Assembly: GCA_964534375.1 (NCBI GenBank)
Contig: CAZHPN010000056.1
Span: forward strand, 1-32,219
From: an uncultured bacterium
GTDB taxonomy: Bacteria > Lernaellota > Lernaellaia > Lernaellales > Lernaellaceae
Direction: 5' to 3'
DNA length: 32,219 bases
In this document: piece by piece, positions 25,932-32,219 of the stretch
Layout: each line of letters begins with the position of its first letter
Position numbering within the stretch: position 1 is the first letter of the stretch
The notes under the pieces: generated by a model
Database searches by the model: none
Seen by the model: the letters and a program-made list of their open reading frames with translations, nothing else
Told to the model about the DNA's origin: nothing
Program-made: the position numbers and the translations under genes

Positions 25932-25986
25932 GATCGGCCTCCACTAGGATCGCCGAAACCGGGATGTCGCAAACGAAGCGGCGGCG

Positions 25987-26643
25987 CTATTTCTTCGGAT
26001 AGCCGACCGTCTGAGCGAGAACGATCCGCTGCGTCGGCTTCAACTTCAACGTCTTGGCCAATGCGTCCCGGTCGACGTTGCCGCGGACGACCGTCACCAG
26101 GCCTTCGGACGCGCAAAACAGGTAAACATTCTCGGCGATGAAGGCGGCGTCGGCGGACGTGTACCGAAGTTTGTCTTCGTCGCCGCCGTCGGTTTTCGCG
26201 AGGTCGGCGATGTAGACGAGATTGACCGACGCATCCTTCACGAAGGGCTGCTTGCCGGTCGCGCCGCGCAGATCGCCGGCGAGAACGAGCTTTAGCTGAT
26301 TGGCCTTGGCGTCATAGACGTACATTCCGTCCGGGAGCGCGACGTACACTTCGATTTCCTGCCAATTCTTGGCCGAAGGCGCCGTGCGCTTGCCGATATC
26401 CGCGCGGTTGACGCCGTCGGCGGCCCACAACAAATTTGCCAGCGTCTGGTCGGGCATGGCCTTGTCGGCGTATTCGCGGCCGGATTGGCGATTCTTCAAA
26501 ACCTGCATCAGCGGCTTGCCGCCGTCGGTTTGCGGCGCGGGGAGCTGAATCACCTGAAGCGCATCTTTCGCCGCCGAGTGCAGCGGGCACGCCAACAACG
26601 CGGTCGCCAAACACAGCGCGGCGACCAATAATTTGGTTTTCAT
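25987..26643 (-). CDS. Secreted nitroreductase-family (SagB/ThcOx-like) flavoprotein
   Basis: GGAGG RBS, signal peptide, R.S.REY, LLWAA.G, RTAPSA.N.Q, ENVYLFCASEGL, QTVGYP. Confidence 0.88.
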   Translation of the reverse strand: MKTKLLVAALCLATALLACPLHSAAKDALQVIQLPAPQTDGGKPLMQVLKNRQSGREYADKAMPDQTLANLLWAADGVNRADIGKRTAPSAKNWQEIEVYVALPDGMYVYDAKANQLKLVLAGDLRGATGKQPFVKDASVNLVYIADLAKTDGGDEDKLRYTSADAAFIAENVYLFCASEGLVTVVRGNVDRDALAKTLKLKPTQRIVLAQTVGYPKK

Positions 26644-26771
26644 CGGAGCCTCCGTTGAACGAGAGAGTTTCAGGCCCCGATTCTGGCGCTTTTCCGCCAG
26701 GAGGTAAAGACGGCCCGCGCCGGGCAATCAGCCGGAACTCGGTCGCCGGCGACTTGGGAAACGCCGGCAAC

Positions 26772-26800
26772 TTGCGTTGCCGCCGCGCGCGCGGTACCAT
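26772..26800 (+). promoter_or_regulatory. Candidate sigma70 promoter
   Basis: TTGCGT-N17-TACCAT upstream of GGGAGG RBS and ATG 26832. Confidence 0.45.
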
Positions 26801-26831
26801 TTTACGGTTGCCTTCAGCGCGGGAGGTTCGC

Positions 26832-28604
26832 ATGCCACGAAACAGCTTCCTGATTTTGTCGCTGCTTCTGATCGCGGCGGCGTGTTGGCTCGGTTGCGGC
26901 AACGGGTCGAGCAGTTCGAAAACGACGCCGGCCGACGACGACGGGTCGCCCGCCGACGATGACGACAACGACGATCAGTCGCCGGCCGACGACGACGCCT
27001 CGCCGGCGGACGATGACGATGACGCGTCGCCCACGCCGCATCTGCTGCCCGGCCCGAACGAACCCGGCTATGACGCCGCGCTCGAGGCCAAGGCGACGGT
27101 GTACGATCGCAGCTTCCAAAACTTCAACGCCTACGGCCTGCTGATCAACGCCGACGTGGGCGTGCCGCTCACCGCCACGGCCGATCGGCAATTGATCTAC
27201 GATTTCTTGCACAGCAGCGATAGCTGGGATTTCGAAGCCTGGTCCGGCAAGAACCCCGAAGACGTCATCTCCGACAACGAGGCGACGGCCGGCCTGTACG
27301 CCGGCTCCGGCATCGCGGCGGACGCCTTTCGCTACGGCCTCATGCGCGATCAGGGGTATCCGCAGGAGGACGTCGACCGGGCGCGGCAATTCCTGCTGCG
27401 GGGCATGGAAGGCCTGCGGATCGCCATCGAAATCACGGGCGTGAAGGGCGTGATCGCGCGCGGCTACATGCGCAAGGACATTCCGGGTTCGGGCGCCACG
27501 ACGCAGACGACGCCGCTGTTCGACGACCAGGGCAACCCCCTGCCGACGGTGAAGACCAACGGCACCGCCCGCGCGGACAATTCCCCCGATCATAAATATC
27601 CCAATTACATCTGGATCGACGGCTGCAGCCGCGACATGCTGCTGGGCTGGGCGGCGGCCTTCGGCGGCGTCTGGGAAGTGATCAAGGACGACCCGACGAT
27701 CGACCCCGGCCTGAAGGCGCTGCACCAGCAGTACGCCAGCGACCTCGCGCACAACCTGATGCAGGTGAAGCCGGACGGCTACGACCTGGAAATCGGCGAC
27801 GCCGACGGGCGGACGACGATCAACGGCTACCTCAACGAAAACGCGTGGGACACCATCTATCTGCCGTGGCTCGGCATCAAGGACGGCGGCTACACGCTGA
27901 TGTCGCTGGGGGCCATTTCGGCGCTGGCGTACGCGTCGGAAGACCCAACCGTGGTCGATTATCTCTACGATACGCTGCTCGGGCCGCGGCGGTTCCAGGA
28001 CATCACCTACAACAACATCATCGGCATCAACCTGTGGTGGGACACGAACTACAGCGGCGTCAACATGGCGTTCCAAGGCATGTTGCTGGCGCAACGCTAT
28101 ATCGACGACGAGGACACGATCGACAAGCTGCGGCATACGCTGGCGTACAAGCTGTACGATTACCCGCCGGACGCGACGCGCATGCCCAAGCAATATTCGT
28201 ACAGCCTCTTCGATTTCATTTACGCGGCGGGAATCGCGGACATGTCGGCCTATCACCCCGCGAAGCATCCGCCGGACGAAGACGCGGTGCAGCGCGGCGT
28301 CCAGAGCCTGATGGAATATGCCGAAGCGCCCTTTTGGGAAGTCACCGTCACCAACTGCAGCGCGCAGGCGATCCAGAGCGGAATGTGCCAGTTCCCGAAC
28401 GGCCAGTGGGTGACCGTACTGGGCGACGTCGGGCGCAGTAAAGAGTTGATGACCGAACAGCCGTTCCCCCAGACCTATCGGCCGCCGAGCGATTATCAGT
28501 GGCGGTCGAACCCGTTTGATCCGAACGGCGGCAGCGACGGCACGCGCCTGCTGCCGGCGGTCGATTGGCGCTGGGCCTATTGGTATGCGCGGTGGGCGAG
28601 GTAG
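26832..28604 (+). CDS. Predicted lipoprotein with Asp-rich linker; homologue of 12415..14001
   Basis: GGGAGG RBS; WLGC lipobox; SPADDD repeats; shared motifs G.IAR, SRD...GW, SNPF, P.VD...AYW. Confidence 0.85.
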   Translation: MPRNSFLILSLLLIAAACWLGCGNGSSSSKTTPADDDGSPADDDDNDDQSPADDDASPADDDDDASPTPHLLPGPNEPGYDAALEAKATVYDRSFQNFNAYGLLINADVGVPLTATADRQLIYDFLHSSDSWDFEAWSGKNPEDVISDNEATAGLYAGSGIAADAFRYGLMRDQGYPQEDVDRARQFLLRGMEGLRIAIEITGVKGVIARGYMRKDIPGSGATTQTTPLFDDQGNPLPTVKTNGTARADNSPDHKYPNYIWIDGCSRDMLLGWAAAFGGVWEVIKDDPTIDPGLKALHQQYASDLAHNLMQVKPDGYDLEIGDADGRTTINGYLNENAWDTIYLPWLGIKDGGYTLMSLGAISALAYASEDPTVVDYLYDTLLGPRRFQDITYNNIIGINLWWDTNYSGVNMAFQGMLLAQRYIDDEDTIDKLRHTLAYKLYDYPPDATRMPKQYSYSLFDFIYAAGIADMSAYHPAKHPPDEDAVQRGVQSLMEYAEAPFWEVTVTNCSAQAIQSGMCQFPNGQWVTVLGDVGRSKELMTEQPFPQTYRPPSDYQWRSNPFDPNGGSDGTRLLPAVDWRWAYWYARWAR

Positions 28605-28612
28605 GCAGGGTC

Positions 28613-28647
28613 GGCAGTGGCCAGTCGCCAGTGGTCAGTTGCCGGTA
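28613..28647 (+). repeat. Heptamer tandem array (GCCAGTG-like, 5 units) between convergent genes
   Basis: GGCAGTG GCCAGTC GCCAGTG GTCAGTT GCCGGTA. Confidence 0.7.
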
Positions 28648-28659
28648 GATCGGGCAGGT

Positions 28660-29013
28660 CTAAGAAGGTTTAGACTCGGTCGGCTTCGTTTCGGTTTTGG
28701 TTTCCGATTTGGTTTCGGTCTTGGCCGTCGAGGCCGCGCCGTCTTTCCCCGCCGCGGCGTCGGTCTTCTCCGCCTTGGCGCCCTCGTCGCCGTTCTTGTG
28801 GGCGTGATGGCCGTTGCCGTTGTCGCCGCCGGTCTTGCGGGCGTAATCGGTCTTATACCAACCGCTCCCTTTTAGCTGGAACGACGACAAACTGACCTGC
28901 TTGTGCAACTCGCCGCCGCACTGCGGACACACTGTCAGCGGCGGATCCGAGAACCGCTGCATTCGCTCAACGTGCGCGCCGCACGCGACGCACCGGTATT
29001 CGTAGACTGGCAT
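28660..29013 (-). CDS. FmdB-family zinc-ribbon protein with low-complexity tail
   Basis: MPVYEYRCVACG...CPQCGG...FQLKGSGWYKTDY signature; GAGGA upstream of ATG 29013. Confidence 0.9.
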   Translation of the reverse strand: MPVYEYRCVACGAHVERMQRFSDPPLTVCPQCGGELHKQVSLSSFQLKGSGWYKTDYARKTGGDNGNGHHAHKNGDEGAKAEKTDAAAGKDGAASTAKTETKSETKTETKPTESKPS

Positions 29014-29056
29014 CGACTGAATCCTCGACCTTCTGGGCGCTCCCCAAAGCGCTAGA

Positions 29057-29084
29057 AACATAATGTTTTCCACGGGTTTGTCAA
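29057..29084 (-). promoter_or_regulatory. Candidate sigma70 promoter of the FmdB-like gene
   Basis: TTGACA-N16-TATGTT on the minus strand. Confidence 0.5.
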
Positions 29085-29106
29085 GGCGGGTCGCGGCGGA
29101 CCGACT

Positions 29107-30324
29107 TCATGTCGCGCCGGCGATTTCGCGATAGCAAGCAGCGTACGCGGCGGCGATATTCGGCCAGGAGTAACGGCGCACCGAAGCCGCGGCGGCGGCG
29201 CCGAGGGCGGAGTCGGGCGGCCGGCGCAGGATCGCCAGCATCGCCTCCGCCAGGGCCGCCGGGTCCTGCGGCGGAACCAGATAGCCGTTTTCGCCGGCGA
29301 CGATTAGCTCGTCCAGGCTGCCGATTTTCGTGCCCAGCACCGGGCGGCCGGCGGCCAGCGCTTCGAGCATCACGACCGGCGTGCCCTCGGTCTCGCCGCG
29401 TTCGGTGACGATCGAGGGCACGGCGACCAACTCCGCCCATTGGTAGAAGGCGTTCATCTGCTCGTGCGGGCGCGCGCCGAGAAACAACGCTGAATCGCCG
29501 AGGCCCAGCGCCGCCGCCTCGGCCTCGAGCCGCGGCCGGCGATCGCCGTCGCCGACCAGCGCCAGCGTCAACTCGGGAACTTCGCGTTTGACCAGCGCGA
29601 ACGCCCGCAGCAGGTATTCCACGCCCTTGACCTCGATCAGCTTGCCGGCGTAAAGCACGCCGCGCTTGCCGGCCAGTTCCGGCGGCGGGGCGTCGCGCCG
29701 CGCGGCCGAAAAATCGGCGAGGTCGACGCCCATCGGCAACGTCTGTGCGCCCGGATCGAAACCGGCTAGGTCCGTCAACATCTGCCGCAGGTGCGAGCTG
29801 ACCGCGAACACCCGCTCCGTGCGCCGCAAGATGAAACGCACGATCGCCCGGCCGCCCGGAAGCTGGCGCAACAGGTGCAAATCCGACGAATGAATCGTGA
29901 CGATGCGCGGCGGGGCGTCGGCCCCGGCGAGCGCGGCGTTGAGCGCGCTGGGCGCCAGCCAGTGGCTGTGAATCGCCGCAAAGCGCTCGCAGGCGAGGAT
30001 GCGCCGCAGGAACCGTTGCTGCGCGACGACCAACGCCTGGGCCTGGAGTTTGCCCAGCCACGACGATCGTAAATTGGGCAGCAGGCCGACGCCGTTGGCC
30101 AGAAATTCGCGCTTTTCCGGCACGAAATAGGGAAAGCGCCAGACGCGCAGGCCCGCCAGTTCCTCGGCGAGCGCGGCGCCTGGATCGTGCGGGGCGACAA
30201 CCGTGATCGCGAATTCGTCGGCGAGATGGCGGCACAGGTCGAATACGAACCGCGCCGGCACGGCGTCGCCGGCCCAGCGCGGAAAGGTCGTGGTCAGGAC
30301 GAGGATTTTCGGTTTCGGCGTCAT
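29107..30324 (-). CDS. Glycosyltransferase family 4
   Basis: ATGA overlap with GT2; LTTTFPR, IHSHW, GKLIEVKG, EGTPVVMLEALAAGRPV (EX7E). Confidence 0.92.
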   Translation of the reverse strand: MTPKPKILVLTTTFPRWAGDAVPARFVFDLCRHLADEFAITVVAPHDPGAALAEELAGLRVWRFPYFVPEKREFLANGVGLLPNLRSSWLGKLQAQALVVAQQRFLRRILACERFAAIHSHWLAPSALNAALAGADAPPRIVTIHSSDLHLLRQLPGGRAIVRFILRRTERVFAVSSHLRQMLTDLAGFDPGAQTLPMGVDLADFSAARRDAPPPELAGKRGVLYAGKLIEVKGVEYLLRAFALVKREVPELTLALVGDGDRRPRLEAEAAALGLGDSALFLGARPHEQMNAFYQWAELVAVPSIVTERGETEGTPVVMLEALAAGRPVLGTKIGSLDELIVAGENGYLVPPQDPAALAEAMLAILRRPPDSALGAAAAASVRRYSWPNIAAAYAACYREIAGAT

Positions 30325-31274
30325 CGCGAGTGCGGGTCGCGGTCGTTCCGATTCCGCGCGCGCGCCAGCAGGTCTTCCATGAGTTGGCGATTGGCCGCCG
30401 AAAGGTCGGCGAGCACGCCCAGCACCGCGGTCTGAAAACCGATGATCGTCAGGATCGCCGCCAGGATCAGGCTCTGGACATGGCCCTGACCGCGCGCCGC
30501 CAGGTAGTAATAGAGGAAGCGCAGGCCGATCAGGCTGCCCAGGCCGAGCAGTGTGGCGGCGACCGCGCCCAGCGCCTTGAGCGGCTCGTAAATCAGGAAC
30601 ATGCGCACGATCGTGACCGCGCTGCGGCCGACGTAACGCCACGTCGAACGGATCAGCCGGCTTTCGCGCGTCGGCGGATTCGTGCGGATCGGGGCCGTCG
30701 CCACCGCCAGGTTCTCGCGGCCGGCCTGGATCAGCGTTTCGAGCGTGTAGGTGTAGCGCGACAGCACGTTGAGCCGCGCCGCCGCCCGCCGCGAAAAGGC
30801 GCGGAAACCGCTGGTCGCGTCGCTCACCTGCAAACCGGAAAACCGCCGCACGACCCACGAGCCGAAGCGTTGCAGGCGTTTTTTCAGCGGCGAGAATTCG
30901 CGAATCGCGTCCATGTCGCGCACGCCGACGACCAGGTCCGCGCGGCCCTCGACGATCGGGCGAACCAGCTCGGCGATCGCCGACCCCGGGTACTGATTGT
31001 CGCCGTCGGTGTTGACGATGACGTCGGCGCCCAGATCGAGCGCGGCGTCGAGGCCCGCGCGAAAGGCGGCGGCGAGGCCGCGATTCGCCGGAAAGCGCAC
31101 GATGTGCCGCACGCCGTGGGCCCGAGCCACGTCGGCCGAGCCGTCGCGGCTGCCGTCGTCGATCACCAGGACCTCGATCTCGTCAAAGCCGGCGACCTGC
31201 CGGGGTAGATCGGCCAGCGCGGCCGGCAACGTGGCGGCTTCGTTGAAGCAAGGTATTTGAATGACGAGCTTCAT
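30321..31274 (-). CDS. Glycosyltransferase family 2 (DPM-synthase-like, C-terminal TM helices)
   Basis: IQIPCFNEA, IDDGSRD, NTDGDNQY, DATSGFRAF; alternative start 31292. Confidence 0.92.
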   Translation of the reverse strand: MKLVIQIPCFNEAATLPAALADLPRQVAGFDEIEVLVIDDGSRDGSADVARAHGVRHIVRFPANRGLAAAFRAGLDAALDLGADVIVNTDGDNQYPGSAIAELVRPIVEGRADLVVGVRDMDAIREFSPLKKRLQRFGSWVVRRFSGLQVSDATSGFRAFSRRAAARLNVLSRYTYTLETLIQAGRENLAVATAPIRTNPPTRESRLIRSTWRYVGRSAVTIVRMFLIYEPLKALGAVAATLLGLGSLIGLRFLYYYLAARGQGHVQSLILAAILTIIGFQTAVLGVLADLSAANRQLMEDLLARARNRNDRDPHSR

Positions 31275-31313
31275 CTTAACGAAATCTGCCATACGGCACG
31301 AGGAATTGGTAGA

Positions 31314-31566
31314 CCCTCGGGAGGGAAGAATGCGGAATGCGGAATGCCGAATGCGGAATGAACCGCGCGAGCTTGTCGGGGCTTCGCGTGGCGCTTCACG
31401 AAACTGCGGGTCCGTGGGAATCTTGAGAGTTATGGGAATTCTGGGAGTGATGAGACCGATGAGAACGTTGGCAACCCGACAGCGAACCCAGCAAGGCTCA
31501 TGGTTCCCAGAATTCCCAGAATCCCCAGAACTCCCAGAATTCCCACTTTCGCCATCACTTCAAGAA
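31314..31566. repeat. Composite intergenic repeat element (heptamer array + two inverted nonamer arrays)
   Basis: AATGCGG-type heptamers x5 at 31329-31363; TGRGAnnnn nonamers 31415-31468; TTCCCAGAA-type nonamers 31504-31548; 15-bp perfect IR 31433-31447 / 31531-31545. Confidence 0.88.
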
Positions 31567-32145
31567 CTCCGGTAGCTTGCGCGCCAACGCGCGCAACGCC
31601 CGGCCGCGGTGGCTGATTTCGTTTTTCACCGGCAGCGGCAATTCGGCGAACGTGGCGTTCAAGTGCGGCACGAAAAACAGCGGGTCGTAGCCGAAGCCGT
31701 CGACGCCGCGCGGCGCGTCGAGCAGCGCGCCGGCGCATTCGCCGCGCGCGGTCAGCACGGCGCCGTCGGGGCGCCGGCAGGCCGCGACGCAGACAAAGGT
31801 CGCGCGGCGATCGGCCACGCCGGCCATTTCCCGCAGCAGTTTGGCGTTATTCGCGGCGTCGTCGGCGCCCGGCCCGGCGAAGCGCGCGCTGAACACGCCC
31901 GGCCGGCCGCCAAGCGCTTCGACGCACAAGCCGGAGTCGTCGGCGATCACCGGCACGCGGGCCTGCGCTTCGAAAAAGGCGGCCTTGATCAGCGCGTTGG
32001 CTTCAAACGTTTCGCCGTCTTCGATCGCGTCGCCGGCGATCCGCAACTCATCGAGCCCGACGACCCCGAAGCCGGACGGCGCCAGCAATTCGCGGATTTC
32101 CCGCAGTTTGCCCTGGTTGCGCGTCGCAACGAGAATCGTGGTCAT
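31555..32145 (-). CDS. rdgB: Non-canonical purine NTP pyrophosphatase (RdgB/HAM1)
   Basis: ATRNQGKLRE, E.G.TF..NA..KA, ADDSGLCV.AL.G.PGV.SAR, GFGYDPLF, KN.ISHRGRAL. Confidence 0.95.
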   Translation of the reverse strand: MTTILVATRNQGKLREIRELLAPSGFGVVGLDELRIAGDAIEDGETFEANALIKAAFFEAQARVPVIADDSGLCVEALGGRPGVFSARFAGPGADDAANNAKLLREMAGVADRRATFVCVAACRRPDGAVLTARGECAGALLDAPRGVDGFGYDPLFFVPHLNATFAELPLPVKNEISHRGRALRALARKLPEFLK

Positions 32146-32154
32146 CGGCAATTC

Positions 32155-32219
32155 CTACCGCGGCAGCGGACCGAGCGCGTCGCGTTGCAGGCGGGTCAGG
32201 CGTGCGACGCCGCGGCGGG
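32155..32219 (-). CDS. rph: 3' end of upstream gene, probably ribonuclease PH
   Basis: Minus-strand frame ...RRGVARLTRLQRDALGPLPR* resembles the RNase PH C-terminal helix; rph-rdgB order is widely conserved; only 20 codons visible. Confidence 0.55.
   Translation of the reverse strand, partial: RRGVARLTRLQRDALGPLPR

Noticed and set aside
25987..26643. RiPP (azole) cluster suggested by the SagB/ThcOx-like gene
   Set aside because: No YcaO cyclodehydratase or precursor nearby; stand-alone secreted members are common
31261..31575. Small ORFs reading MRNAECRMRNE or GILGVLGILG (similar at 2668 and 11551)
   Set aside because: Translations of the 7-mer and 9-mer DNA arrays; no independent coding evidence

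Overview
GC-rich bacterial chromosomal window (about two-thirds GC by eye; deltaproteobacteria-like gene content, lineage not provable here). Housekeeping genes: pgpA-cinA-thpR, mutL-meaB-(kelch lipoprotein)-miaA, a Lon-family AAA protease, a SpoU/TrmH methyltransferase, an OPT transporter, an FmdB-type zinc ribbon, rdgB and the probable 3' end of rph. Accessory genes: a Cys-rich lipoprotein, two homologous Asp-linker lipoproteins, an envelope/glycan block (sulfatase-like, two SGNH-like paralogues, GT-C-like membrane protein, GH1, GT4, GT2) and a secreted nitroreductase. The strongest candidate for a system is a coupled ABC-ATPase + TOPRIM (DUF4435-like) pair at 14111-15966 with a low-GC core, resembling PARIS or split-OLD anti-phage systems. 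Also notable: a histone-H1-like tail on Lon with its own SD+ATG, dispersed intergenic 7-mer/9-mer arrays sharing conserved motifs, and a 147-bp REP/MITE-like element. No rRNA, tRNA, CRISPR array or transposase was recognised. All calls come from reading motifs by eye; no database searches were run.
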